Positions 20,265-31,299 of a stretch of DNA of 64,000 bases are shown here, piece after piece. Source of the stretch: an uncultured delta proteobacterium (lineage in GTDB: Bacteria; Myxococcota; Myxococcia; Myxococcales; Anaeromyxobacteraceae); contig CAVYBH010000008.1 of NCBI GenBank assembly GCA_963766715.1, positions 160,001 through 224,000 of the forward strand, given 5' to 3'. Numbering within the stretch: position 1 is the stretch's first letter; each line of letters begins with the position of its first letter. The notes under the pieces are model-generated. The model did not search any database. It had not been told where the DNA came from and saw only the letters and a program-made list of their open reading frames with translations. Position numbers and translations under genes: made by a program.

Positions 20265-20296
20265 GCCACGGCTGACCCGGGGCGCGCGGAGGTGAC

Positions 20297-21688
20297 ATGA
20301 CCTCGGCCGCCCCGCCCCGCAGCACGCTGGACCGGTTCTTCGGCTTCTCGGAGAGAGGGTCCAGCGTGCGCACGGAGGTGATCGCGGGAGCGACCACCTT
20401 CATGACGATGGCGTACATCCTCCTCGTCAACCCGGTCATCCTGGGGAAGGTGACCGACGTCGCCGGGAACCGTCTCCCGGTTCCGGCGGTGCTCACCTCC
20501 ACGGCGCTGGTGGCGGCCGCGGCGACGCTGGCCATGGGCCTGCTCGCCAACCTTCCGCTCGCGCTGGCCGCGGGCATGGGACTCAACTCGGTGGTGGCCT
20601 TCCAGCTGGTGGCCACCATGCACCTCACCTGGCCACAGGCCATGGGCGTGGTGGTGGCCGAGGGACTGGCGGTCACGCTGCTGGTCCTCTCCGGGTTCCG
20701 CAGGGCCGTGTCCGACGCCGTCCCGCTCGGGATGAAGCGGGCCCTGGGCATCGGCATCGGGCTGCTCCTCACCATCATCGGGCTGGTCGACGCCGGCTTC
20801 GTCTCCCGGAGCCCGGCCGACCCGGTGCCGGTCACGCTCGGCACGGCCGGCCACCTCTCCGGCTTCCCGGTGCTCCTCTTCGTGCTGACCTTCCTGTTCA
20901 CCGGATTCCTCGTCATGCGGGGCGTGAAGGGAGCGCTCCTCATCGGCATCCTCTCCGCCACGGTGGCGGCGGTGGTGGCGAAGCTCGCCTTCGGGGCGGC
21001 CGCCGGGTTCGGGCCCGGCGAGGTGGTCGTCCCGCGCTCCATCTTCGCCGCGCCCGACTTCTCGCAGCTCGGCCGGTTCAGCTTCTCCTTCGTGGGCGCG
21101 CTGGGCGCCGGCGCCGCGGCCCTCACCGTCTTCTCGCTCATGCTCTCCGACTTCTTCGACACGGTCGGCACGGTCGTCGCGGTCGGGCAGGAGGCGCGCT
21201 ACCTGGACGCCAGCGGGAACTGTCCGCGGCCGACCACGGTCCTGCTCGTCGACTCGCTCGCCGCGGTGGCCGGCGGCGCGTCCGGCTCCAGCTCCGCCAC
21301 CACCTACGTGGAGAGCGCCTCGGGCGCCGCCGCGGGAGGCCGCACCGGCCTCGCCTCGGTCGTCACCGCGCTCTGCTTCGCCGCCTGCCTCTTCATCTCC
21401 CCGCTGGCCGGCGTGGTGCCGGCCCAGGCCACCGGCGCGGTGCTCGTGCTGGTCGGCTTCTTCATGATGCGGGACGTGGGCGCCCTGCCCTGGCACGACT
21501 TCACCGAGGCCGTCCCGGCCTTCCTCGTCCTCACCGTCATGCCGTTCACCTACAGCATCACGAACGGCATCGGCGTCGGCTTCATCTCGCTCGTGGTGCT
21601 CAAGCTCCTGGCTGGTCGGGCCCGCGAGATTCACCCGCTCATGTACCTCTCCTCGCTCGGATTCGTCGTGTACTTCGTCGTCAACTGA
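20297..21688 (+). CDS. NCS2 family purine permease (AzgA/PbuG-like)
   Basis: EVIAGATTFMTMAYI, GMGLN, DFFDTVGT, YVESASG..AGGRTGL, MPFTYSITNG. Confidence 0.93.
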   Translation: MTSAAPPRSTLDRFFGFSERGSSVRTEVIAGATTFMTMAYILLVNPVILGKVTDVAGNRLPVPAVLTSTALVAAAATLAMGLLANLPLALAAGMGLNSVVAFQLVATMHLTWPQAMGVVVAEGLAVTLLVLSGFRRAVSDAVPLGMKRALGIGIGLLLTIIGLVDAGFVSRSPADPVPVTLGTAGHLSGFPVLLFVLTFLFTGFLVMRGVKGALLIGILSATVAAVVAKLAFGAAAGFGPGEVVVPRSIFAAPDFSQLGRFSFSFVGALGAGAAALTVFSLMLSDFFDTVGTVVAVGQEARYLDASGNCPRPTTVLLVDSLAAVAGGASGSSSATTYVESASGAAAGGRTGLASVVTALCFAACLFISPLAGVVPAQATGAVLVLVGFFMMRDVGALPWHDFTEAVPAFLVLTVMPFTYSITNGIGVGFISLVVLKLLAGRAREIHPLMYLSSLGFVVYFVVN

Positions 21689-21699
21689 CCGGAGTTCCC

Positions 21700-23021
21700 T
21701 TGACCACTCGCACCATCGGCATCAACGAGCGGCTGCCGCTTCCCCAGGCGCTGCCTCTCGCCCTCCAGCACCTCTTCGCGATGTTCGGAGCCACCGTGCT
21801 GGTTCCGTGGCTCGTCGGGCTCGACACCTCCGTGACGCTCTTCACGAGCGGACTGGGGACGCTCATCTACATCTTCATGACCAAGGGAGGGATCCCGGCC
21901 TACCTGGGGTCCTCCTTCGCCTTCATCGCCGGCCTTCGGGCCCTCATCGGCGATGGAGTCGCTTTCGGGAAGATCGCCCCGCCGGCGCGCGTGGGCGTGG
22001 CCATGGCGGGCTGCGTGGTGGTGGGGCTCATCTACTTCTGGTCGCCCTGGCCATCGGGAAGTTCGGCACCGGGTGGATCGACCGCTTCCTGCCGCCGGTG
22101 GTGATCGGGCCGGTGGTCATGGTGATCGGCCTCGGCCTGGCGCAGGTCGCCGTGGCCATGGCCACGACCGGGTCGGGCGTCGCCGCCAACCTGTTCGACC
22201 CCACCAAGTACAACGGCAAGTTCTTCGCGGTGGCCATGGCGGCCCTCGCCATCGCCGTCCTGGCCGCCATGTTCTTCAAGGGATTCCTGGGGGTCATCCC
22301 GATCCTCATCGGGATCGTCGGCGGGTACGTCGTGGCCTGGTTCGCCGGCCTGGTGGACCTCTCCGCGGTCCGGACGGCCCCGGCCATCGCCCTCCCGGCC
22401 TTCACGTTCCCCATCTTCAACTGGAAGTCGATCCTGGTCCTGGCGCCCGTCTCGCTGGTCGTGATCACCGAGCACATCGGTCACCTGATCGTGACCGAGA
22501 ACGTGGTGGGGAAGAAGCTGGTGAAGGACCCTGGTCTCCACCGGTCGCTGGCCGGCGACGGCATCGCCACCATGGTGGCCGGCTTCCTGGGCGGCCCCCC
22601 CAGCACGACCTACGGGGAGAACATCGGCGTGATGGCCGTCACGCGTGTCTTCTCCGTCTGGGTGATCGGCCTGGCGGCCGTCATCGCCATGGCGCTCTCG
22701 TTCCTCCCGGGCGTCGGCGTCATCATCCGTTCCATCCCCGTCCCCGTGATGGGCGGGATCTGCATCCTGCTCTTCGGGATCATCGCCTCCTCCGGCATCC
22801 GCATGATCGTGGAGGCGGGGATCGATTTCTCGCAGACGCGCAACCTGATCATCTGCTCCGTCATCCTGGTCATCGGGATCGGCGGCGCCAAGATCCACAT
22901 CGGCGGCACGGAGATCGGCGAGATGGCGCTCGCCACGTACGTCGGCGTGCTGCTCAACCTCGTGCTCCCGGCCGCCAAGGGCACGCCGGAAGGCGCGGCC
23001 TCGGCCGTGCCGGACGTGTAG
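21700..23021 (+). CDS. uraA: Uracil/xanthine permease, UraA/PyrP-like (frameshift near 22040)
   Basis: QHLFAMFGATVLVP, YLGSSFAFI, EHIGH, TTYGENIGV. Confidence 0.9.
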
Positions 23022-23046
23022 GAAGGGGTCTCGCGCAGGGCGCTCT

Positions 23047-23066
23047 CCGGCCGGTTCGCCGGCCGG
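23047..23066. terminator. Hairpin between convergent genes (possible bidirectional terminator)
   Basis: Perfect stem CCGGCCGG-TTCG-CCGGCCGG; no clear U-tract. Confidence 0.45.
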
Positions 23067-23091
23067 GGGCCCCCTCGTTTCCCTCGCCGGT

Positions 23092-23808
23092 TCAGTCGCC
23101 GAGGAAGTACTCGACGGTCGTCACCACGCGAACCACCTTCCGCTCGGGAGAGTTGGGGTCGCGGTCGGTCACGGTGAAGAGCCCCTGCGAGGCGGTCCGG
23201 ATCTTCCCCACCTTGCTGCCCGAGTCCTTGGCGAACTTGGCGGCGGCCTCGCGGGCGCTGACGGTGGCCTGCTCAATCATCTCCGGCTTGATGGCGTTCA
23301 GCCCCGTGAAGAGGAACTGGGGGCGGTTCTCCCAGTCCTGGGCGAGCATGACGCCGCGCCCGACCAGCTGCCCGGAGCGGTCCATGGCCTTCTTCACCGC
23401 GGCCACGTTCTTCGAGCGGACGATGACGGTGGCCTGCTCGAGGTAGCGCGGGCCGGCCGGGCGCCCCGGCTGCCCCATGTTCTCCGTCTGCCGGTCCTGG
23501 ATCCGGGGCACGGCGAAGCTCACCTCCTCGCGAGGGAAGCCCGACTCGACGAGGAAGCCGGCCACCACGTCCCGCTTGGCGTCCACGCGCCGCTGCAGGT
23601 CGGCCAGGTCGTCGCCCGTGTCCTTGAAGGTGACCGGCCAGATGGCGAGGTCGGCGTCCACGTCGCGCTCGGCGAGACCCTTGACGGTGACGAAGCGCTG
23701 GGACTCCCGGATCTGGGTGACGGCGCCGGCCACCGTGAATCCGGCGAAGGCGATCCCGAGTCCGAGGAGCGCTCCGAGGAGCAGGGCGGCGAGGGTGTTT
23801 CGTTGCAT
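23092..23808 (-). CDS. SIMPL (DUF541) domain periplasmic protein
   Basis: VTVKGLAERDV.AD, KPEMIEQAT, KFAKDSGSKVGKI..ASQG, VRVVTTVEY. Confidence 0.9.
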   Translation of the reverse strand: MQRNTLAALLLGALLGLGIAFAGFTVAGAVTQIRESQRFVTVKGLAERDVDADLAIWPVTFKDTGDDLADLQRRVDAKRDVVAGFLVESGFPREEVSFAVPRIQDRQTENMGQPGRPAGPRYLEQATVIVRSKNVAAVKKAMDRSGQLVGRGVMLAQDWENRPQFLFTGLNAIKPEMIEQATVSAREAAAKFAKDSGSKVGKIRTASQGLFTVTDRDPNSPERKVVRVVTTVEYFLGD

Positions 23809-23917
23809 GCGGCCTCCTTAGGCCGCACAGAGGACCACGGCGTCCGGGCAGCGCGCCATCCCAGGCCCCCATCGGTCCGGGTGGCGACACGGACGGTCGT
23901 CCGCTATAACGGAACAC

Positions 23918-24616
23918 ATGCCGACCCTCCGGACCGCCGACCCCTATCGCGACCTGGCCGTCATCGACGCCCGGGCCCCCCGCCTGAACCAGCTCCTGAC
24001 CGGGCTCCTCGCGCTCGGCTCGCTGCTGACCGGCGCCTGGCCGCTCGTGGCGGTCGCGGCCGCGCAGCTCTCGGTCGGGCTCCTGCTGGGCCGGCGCTTC
24101 TGCCTGGCCTGCCGCGTGTACTTCGCCTGGGTGCAGCCGCTCCTCGGCGAGGGGCCGGTCGAGGACGCCCGCCCGGTGAAGTTCGCGAACCAGGTCGGCG
24201 CCACCTTCCTCTGGTCGGCCACCGCCGCCCACCTGGTGGGGCTCCACCTCGTGGGGAACGTCCTCGCCGGCGCGGTGGCCGCGCTGGCCCTCCTCGCGGC
24301 CACCACCGGGTTCTGCGCCGGCTGCTCGCTGTACCGCGGCTGGGCGTTCCTGCGCGGCATCCGCGGCCGGACGCCGGGGCACATCGACCTCGCCGAGGTG
24401 GGAGGGGCTCCCGGGCGGCCCGCGGTGGTCCAGTTCACGCATCCTCTCTGCGCCGACTGCCAGTCGCTTTCGACCCGCCTCTCCGCGCAGGGGGAGGCTC
24501 CGCTCCTGGTGGACGTGTCTCGCCGGCCGGAACTGGCGCGGAAGTACGGGGTGGCGGTGGTGCCGCTGGCCGTGGTCGTGCGCGCCGACGGCAGCGTGGC
24601 CCGGCAGATCCACTAG
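23918..24616 (+). CDS. DUF4395-type membrane domain fused to a thioredoxin-like domain
   Basis: IDARAPRLNQ, EDARPVKFA..VG, FCAGC; C-terminal FTHPLCADC..VDV...PELARKYGVAVVP. Confidence 0.8.
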   Translation: MPTLRTADPYRDLAVIDARAPRLNQLLTGLLALGSLLTGAWPLVAVAAAQLSVGLLLGRRFCLACRVYFAWVQPLLGEGPVEDARPVKFANQVGATFLWSATAAHLVGLHLVGNVLAGAVAALALLAATTGFCAGCSLYRGWAFLRGIRGRTPGHIDLAEVGGAPGRPAVVQFTHPLCADCQSLSTRLSAQGEAPLLVDVSRRPELARKYGVAVVPLAVVVRADGSVARQIH

Positions 24617-24634
24617 GGCCCTGCCGAGGGCCTG

Positions 24635-25448
24635 CTACGCGGGCGTCATCCAGGCTTCCCAGGCCGCCCCGACGAGGAGCGGGCCGCCGGGCAGCTCGGC
24701 CGGGGGAGCCACGGGCTCGCCCAGGGCGAGCCGCACCAGCGTCGCCGGAAGGTTCGGACCGTACGAGGCGAAGAGCTGGACCCAGGCGGGCAGGCGCGGC
24801 TCGACGCGGCCCACGTGATATCCCGCCGCGTCCCGGACAATCTCCAGCTCCGCCGCCCCGCGGAGCGAGCTCACCGAGAAGAAGCCCTCGCACCGCCGCG
24901 AGCAGCCCCTCGTCCTGGGCGGCCACGCCGACCCAGCGCTGGGACCCCCGCTGCGGCACGACCTTTCGCAGGGCCGCCACGCCGGCGACGCCACCCCGCC
25001 CGTCGCCCACCGCCGCGACCGCATAGGAGACGTCGCCCTGGGCCGTCGCGCGCGACTCCCCGCTCCCGCCGAGGAGGTCGAGCTGGGCGCGGGTGGGGAC
25101 GAAGGTGTGGAGGCCGAGCCCGGCGATCTCCGGCTCGAGACGGGAGATGGCGAGCACGTCGGCGGTGCGGGCGCCGAGCAGCACCTGCACGCCCCATCGG
25201 TCCCGCACGCCCTGGAGCGCCGCGAGGAAGTGCGCGTCGTCGTCGATGGACGTGCCGACCACGCTGGCGAGGCCGAGGTCCGCCGCGCGCAGTCGCGACG
25301 CGTCGTGCTCCCAGGCGAGGCCGACGACCCGGTCGAGCAGCCCCTGCTCCCGGCGCAGGGCGCGCGCGAGCGCGATCCCGGGGCTCGCGGCTCCGGTCTC
25401 GATCATCGCGATGGCGGCGCACCCATGCCGCTGCACACTCGAAGACAA
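24635..25448 (-). CDS. Degenerate, internally shortened ATP-grasp-like protein (frameshift near 24890)
   Basis: SPGIALARALR..VVGLA, HTFVPT, AVGDGRG..VAALRK, AELE, VEPRLPAWV, NLPATLVRLALGE. Confidence 0.55.
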
Positions 25449-25518
25449 CAGGCTGGTCCCCTCCAGCGTTTTCGCGGGCGACCCGGTGTCCCCGGCCGTC
25501 CCAGCACCGCCGAGGCTA

Positions 25519-26073
25519 TCACGCCCTTCGCGAGAGCCAACGTCGCAAAAGGGTGATGACGGCCAGGCTCCAGAAGGTTCCCCAGAGCGCGCCGAGCAGC
25601 ACGTCCCCTGGCCAGTGGACGCCGACGTAGATCCGGCTCCAGGCCACGCCGGCGGCCAGCGAGAACAAGAGCGGGGCGAGCATCGGCCAGCCGGCGGCGC
25701 CCACCACCGCCATCGCGAAGAAGTTGGCGGTGTGCAGGCTGGGGATCGATCCCACGTTGGCCGCGGGCGACAGGTAGCGCACGGTGCCGGCCGGGAGCGC
25801 GTAGACGGGGCGGGCCCTCGGGACGAGCGGCCGCAGGACCTGGGAGCCGAGCGCGTCGGTGAGCGCGAGCGCGATGCCCAGCGCCAGGACCCAGCGAAGG
25901 CCCCGGTCGCGCCGGTGCACCAGCAGTGCGACTGCGAGGAGCACCGCCACCGTCCCCCCGAAGACGGGACTCGACAGGAGCCGGGCCAGTCCGTCCATCC
26001 AGGAACCGGCGTCGACGTTGACGGCGCGGAAGAGCCGTTCCTCGACGGCGAGATGGTGGTCGACGGGCGTCAC
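25519..26073 (-). CDS. PAP2 family phosphatase
   Basis: RPLVPRARP, PSLH, SRIYVGVHWPGDV. Confidence 0.88.
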   Translation of the reverse strand: MTPVDHHLAVEERLFRAVNVDAGSWMDGLARLLSSPVFGGTVAVLLAVALLVHRRDRGLRWVLALGIALALTDALGSQVLRPLVPRARPVYALPAGTVRYLSPAANVGSIPSLHTANFFAMAVVGAAGWPMLAPLLFSLAAGVAWSRIYVGVHWPGDVLLGALWGTFWSLAVITLLRRWLSRRA

Positions 26074-26191
26074 GGGAGGGGACGGAGGCAGGCGAGGATA
26101 CTACGGACCTGCCCCCTCAGGGCCGGTGCGCGCGCAAGCGTCCCGCGGCTACATTCGAGGCTCCGGCCCGGGGGTGCCGCGGAGGGAAGCC

Positions 26192-27463
26192 ATGCTCGCG
26201 AGGATCGCCTTCCTGATCTGCCTGGCCTGGGGATCGGCCCGGGCCGAGGGCTTCGATGCGGGGCCCGGTGTGGCTCGACCCGGCGACGCCGGCGAGGTGG
26301 AACGCCGCGGGCGCGAAGGTCCCGCCCGCGCCCAGGAGCGCGCCCGGCGCCCTGCTCACCGGCCCGTGCACGGCCCAGCTCCGGCAGCCCGCCTCGGCGG
26401 CCGACCGGGCGGTGGCCGCCGCCGGCTGGAGGCTCCTGGGCGCCTCGCAGCGCTTCGGCGACACGGAGGTCGTGGGCGGGCAGTCGGGCTTCGACGGGAT
26501 GTGCCGCCCGACCGGCTACCAGTTCTTCGTCTTCTCGGGCGGCCGCTTCGCGGGAACGGTGTCGCCGGGCCCGATGGACTCCCGCACCGACGGCGCGGCG
26601 CAGGTGCCGGTGCTCGGCTCCGCCCGCGACCTCGCCGTCACGTTCTCCCGGTACACGCCGTCCGACCCGCTCTGTTGCCCGTCCTCCCTCACCACCGTCC
26701 GGTACCGGGTGGACGACCAGCCCCGGGGGCCCGTCCTCCTTCCGGTCGGCGCCACGACCACGCGGACGGGCGATCCGCAGGCAGCCGCGGCGGCTCCCGC
26801 TCCCGACACCGGTCTCTGCACGCCCGCGCCCACCGCCGCCACCTGCGGCCCCGTCCCGGCGGCCGGCGGTCCTTCCGGTCCCTTCCTCCATCGTGATGCG
26901 GGTATGGCACCTGGTCCGCATCCTCATGATGGATGGCGCGGTCCACGTGCCCGATCACCCGGCCAAGTACACGCTCGAGCTGGCGAGCGACGGGCGGGCC
27001 AGCCGTCCGTGCCGACTGCAACCGGGGCACGGCCACCTACGTGATCGACGGCCGCTCGCTGACCTTCGGGCCCATCGCCACCACGCGCGCGACGTGCGCC
27101 CCGGCCTCCCTCTCGGAGCGGTACGTGCAGCAGCTCGGGCTCGTGGCCTCGTACCTGGAGCGCGACGGCAGGCTCCACCTGGCGACGCGCGCCGACGGCT
27201 CCATCCTGGAGTTCCAGCCCGCTCCCGGGTCCGACGGCGTGATCAGCCCGGCCGAGCGATGCAGGCGCGCCGGGGGCACCGTGGGATCGGCCTCCTGCTG
27301 CGGCCTGGTGGGCGACTTCCCGAACACCTGCCTCATGGGCGCGTGCGGTTGCGCGCCCGAGCACAGCCACGAGGTGCAGGTCTGCCGGTGCCCGGAGGGG
27401 CGCTGCTTCGACGGGAAGGCCTGCCTGGAGCCGCGCGGCGGAGGCGCCGCTCAGCTCCGGTAG
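26192..27463 (+). CDS. Secreted multidomain protein: LppP/LprE-like + META + Cys-rich domain (frameshifted)
   Basis: DGMCRP..YQFFVF..FAGTVSP..MDSRTDG, DPLCCPS; META-like ADCNRG..FGPIATTRATC; C-terminal Cys-rich segment. Confidence 0.65.
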
Positions 27464-28772
27464 TCGGCGTTCTCGGTGACGTACTCGTGGCTGCGGTCCG
27501 CGCCGAGGACCTCGGTGGCGGCGGCGCCCATTGCCAGGTCGACGTCGATCTCCACCGACCGCTCGTGCGGGGGGTAGTCGATGGGCACGCGGAAGGTGAG
27601 GCCGTCGGCGGGCGGGACGGACGCGTAGAGCTCCGCGTCCTTCAGCTGCCGGTGGATGAGCCGCTCCTTCTCCGGATCGAGCCGCATGGCCCCACCCTCG
27701 AAGAGGATCTCGCCGCCCATCCGGATCCGGACCGCGGCCGGGTCGAGCGCGAGCCCGGTGCGCCCGGCCTGCTTTCCGATGGCCGCGAGCAGCCGTCCGA
27801 CGTTGGGATCGTTGCCGTTCACCGCGCACTGCACGAGCGGCGAGTTCACCACCGACTTGCCGATCTCCGCGCGCCACCCGGACGCTGGGGGCGCCGCGGA
27901 CGACGACGTGGATGACGTGGTGCACCCCCTCGCCGTTGCGGACCACGTCCTCGGCCAGGTCCCGGCACACGCGGCCGAGCGCCTCGCGGAAGGCGCGCGG
28001 ATCGGGCGCGGGGCGGCGCATCGAGGAGACGAGCGCGACCGTGTCGGAGGTGCTGGTGTCCGAGTCCACGGTGATGGCCTGGAAGCTCCCCTCCACCGCC
28101 TCGTCGAGCGCGGCCCGCAGCTCCTCGCGCGGGACCGACAGGTCGGTGAGGAGGTAGACGAGCATGGTCGCGAGGTCGGGCTCGATCATCCCCGCCCCCT
28201 TGGCGATGCCCACGATGCTCCCCTCGCCCACCGCCGCCCTGCGCACCTTGGGATAGAGGTCGGTGGTGAGGATGGCCTCGGCCGCCGGGAGGATGCTCTC
28301 CCCCTGCAGCGCGGCCACGGCGCCCGGGAGCGCCTCGACCATCGCCTTCACCGGGAGTCGCCAGCCGATGACGCCCGTCGACGAGGGCAGCACCTCCTTC
28401 GCGCCGACGCCGAGGAGCCGCGCGGCGGCGCCGGCCACCTCCTCCGCGGCCGCCACGCCGTCCGGCGCGCAGACGTTCGAGATCTTGTTGTTCACCACCC
28501 AGGCCGCCAGCCGCGGCTCGGCGAGGCGGGCCCGCCCCACGATCACCGGCGCGCCAGGGAAGGCGTTCCGGGTGAACTTCGCGGCGAACGACGGCGTGGG
28601 CTCGTCGGCGGCGATGACGACCAGGTTCATCCGGGCCGGCTTGGGGACCTCCACCGGCACGAACTCGAGCCGGGTGCGACCCGACGCGGAATCCGAGCGG
28701 GAGGCGGGACTGGGTCTCGAGCCAGGCGCGGTGCTCCTCGCGGCTCCGGAAGGTCAGCTGGGTGCTCGGCAT
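27451..28772 (-). CDS. argJ: Ornithine acetyltransferase ArgJ (frameshifts near 28680 and 27870)
   Basis: SSTGVIG, AILTTD, KGAGMIEPDLATML, VDSDTSTSDT, NGEG, NSPLV..A..GNDPNVGR, YVTENADYRS. Confidence 0.9.
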
Positions 28773-28937
28773 GGGGCCCCATCCAAACCCCGCCGGGGCG
28801 TGACGTCAACCGCGCACCTGCCGGGGTGAGACACGGTGTGTCCGTCCCAATCGGGTCCTCCGGGTGGCTTCGCCGCTCCGGCGTTCCTAGATCACGCCGC
28901 CAACCCCAGCCATCCGATTTCCGGAGGAGAAGAATCC

Positions 28938-29299
28938 ATGAAGACCGTTCGCACGCTGCTCGTCGCCGCCCTCGCCGTTCCCGTCCTCGCCTTCGCCCAG
29001 ACCCCGGCGATGCCCGCGCCCCGGCGGTTCCCTCCACCGCCGCCGTCAAGGACGCCGCAGCACGCCACGGGCAAGTCCGCGACCGATGCGACCGCCACCC
29101 AGGCGAAGTCGACCGGCACGCAGCTGAAGGACACCGCCAAGACCGAGGGCAAGAAGCAGTCGAAGACGGGCGTGGACGCGGCCGCCAAGAAGACGGGCGC
29201 CGTCGGCGCGGCCGTGGCCCCTCAGGCGCCAGGAGGCGGCTGGCGACGGGCGTGGACAAGGGCGTGGACGCCGCCGCCGCCAAGGCCGGCATCAAGTAG
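28938..29299 (+). CDS. Small secreted Ala/Lys/Thr-rich low-complexity protein (frameshifted)
   Basis: GGAGGAG RBS, signal peptide ending AFA, repeated GVDAAA, ends AAAAKAGIK-stop. Confidence 0.6.
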
Positions 29300-29322
29300 G
29301 CCGGCGTCCTCTTCGTACCCGC

Positions 29323-29351
29323 GGCCCCGCCGGGTTGACCCTGGCGGGGCC
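29323..29351 (+). terminator. GC-rich hairpin after the small secreted protein gene
   Basis: GGCCCCGCC..GGCGGGGCC inverted repeat just after the stop, weak T tail. Confidence 0.4.
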
Positions 29352-29388
29352 GTCTTGCGTCCGGTCCCCAGGTGCTACGCTGTGAGTG

Positions 29389-30537
29389 ATGGCACCGGAA
29401 GGCGCCCCCGCGCCGGCTCCCGCCGCGATCGAGCTGTCGCGGACGGACGGATCGGCGCTTCTCGGTCCGGCTCGTCGGCGCCTGGCGCCTCGCCGACGAG
29501 CTTCCCCCGGTGGGCGAGGTCGAGCAGGCGCTGGCCCGGCGAGGGCGCGACGGCCGTCCGGGTGGAGGCCTCCGCGCGTCGCCGACTGGGACAGCGGTCT
29601 CGTGGTCTTCCTCTTCGGGCTGCTGGAGTCGTGCCGCGCCCGCGGCGTCGCGGTGGCGTACCAGGCCCTCCCCGGGAACCTCGAGCGCATGCTGGCCCTC
29701 GTGCAGGCGCCGGCCCTCCCGCCTGCCCCGCCGCCCCCGCGCGGCGGATGCTGGAGCGGCTCGGGAAGCGCGCGCTGCGCGTGGCGGGAGAAGGTGCGCG
29801 CCGCCTCCTCTTCGTGGGCGAGACCACGCTGGCGATGGGGCGGATGCTGGTGGGCGGGCGCGATTCCGCGGCCAGGACCTGGGGCTCCTGCTCGAGGGCG
29901 CCGGCCCGTCGGCGCTCCCCATCATCGCGCTCGTGAACTTCCTCGTGGGAATCATCCTGGCCTTCGTCGGCATCACCCAGCTGCGCCGGTTCGGGGCCGA
30001 GTACTACGTGGCCGACATCGTGGGCATCGCGGTGGTCCGGGACATGGCCGCGCTCATCACGGCCATCGTGCTGGCCGGGCGCAGCGGCGCCGCCTATGCG
30101 GCCCAGCTCGCGACCATGAAGGTGACCCAGGAGGTCGACGCGCTCTCCACCCTGGGGATCTCCCCGGTCGAGTTCCTGGTCGTCCCCCGGCTCGTGGCGC
30201 TCACCGTCGATGATGCCCTTCCTCGTCCTGTTCGCGGACCTGATGGGCGTGCTCGGCGGCGCCGCGGTCGGGCACCACCATGATGAACCACCCGCTCTCC
30301 GGCTACCTTCGCCAGACCGCCCAGTCCGTCACCACGGGTGACATCGTCGGCGGCCTGGTGAAGGCGGCGACCTACGGGGCGCTGGTGGCGCTCACCGGGA
30401 CGGCGCGCGGGCTGGCGGCGGAGCGGAGCTCGGAGCAGGTGGGCGTGGCGGCCACCCAGGCGGTGGTGACCGGCATCGTGGCCGTCATCGCCGCCTGCGG
30501 CATCTACCAGTACGTCTTCTTCCTGTTCGGGTTGTGA
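29389..30537 (+). CDS. mlaE: MlaE-family ABC permease with N-terminal STAS-like region (many frameshifts)
   Basis: WDSGLV, ALPIIALVNFLVGIILAF, LAGRSGAAYAAQLATMKVTQEVDAL, VGVAATQAVV. Confidence 0.85.
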
Positions 30538-30539
30538 AC

Positions 30540-31290
30540 ATGGCGGACGCGATCCTCGGCGTGCGGGACCTCACCATGGCCTTCGGGGACCGGGTGGTGA
30601 TGGAGCACCTCGACCTCGCGATCGAGGCCGGCGAGATCTACGTGATCATGGGCGGGAGCGGTTGCGGGAAGAGCACGCTCTTGCGCCACATGCTCGGGTT
30701 GCAGGAGCCGGCCTCCGGGGAGGTCTTCTACGGCGCGGAGAGCTTCACCCGCGCCTCCTCCGCCGACCGGGAGCGCCTGCTCCGCCGGGTGGGCGTCCTC
30801 TACCAGGGCAGCGCGCTCTGGACCTCGATGACGCTGGCGGAGAACGTGGCGCTCCCGCTCCAGCAGTTCACGAAGCTGCGCCCAGGGCGCATCCAGGAGG
30901 TGGTGGAGCTGAAGCTGGCGCTGGTCGGGCTCCACGGCTTCGAGGAGTACTACCCGTGGGAGCTCTCCGGCGGCATGCAGAAGCGGGCCGGGCTCGCCCG
31001 GGCCATCGCGCTCGACCCGGAGATCCTCTTCATCGACGAGCCCTCGGCGAGCCTCGATCCCCCGACGGGCCGCCGGCTCGACCGGCTCATCCGGGAGATC
31101 CGCGACGCGCTGCACACCACGGTGGTGGTGGTCACCCACGACGTCGCGAGCATCCTCGGCATCGCCACGCGGGCCCTCTTCCTCGACGGGGAGACCCGCC
31201 GCTCCATCGCCGAGGGGCCCCCCGGCCGAGCTTCGTGACCACGGGCCGGATCCGGTCCGCGCCTTCTTCGCCGGGGGAACCCTCCCCTAG
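30540..31290 (+). CDS. mlaF: MlaF-like ABC ATP-binding protein (C-terminal frameshift)
   Basis: GGSGCGKST, ELSGGMQKRAGLARAIALDP, DEP, VTHD. Confidence 0.9.
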
Positions 31291-31299
31291 GGAGCCGCC

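Noticed and set aside
28801..28808. TGACGTCA palindrome upstream of argJ as an operator
   Set aside because: Only 8 bp and single-copy, with no resemblance to an ARG box; it cannot be distinguished from chance
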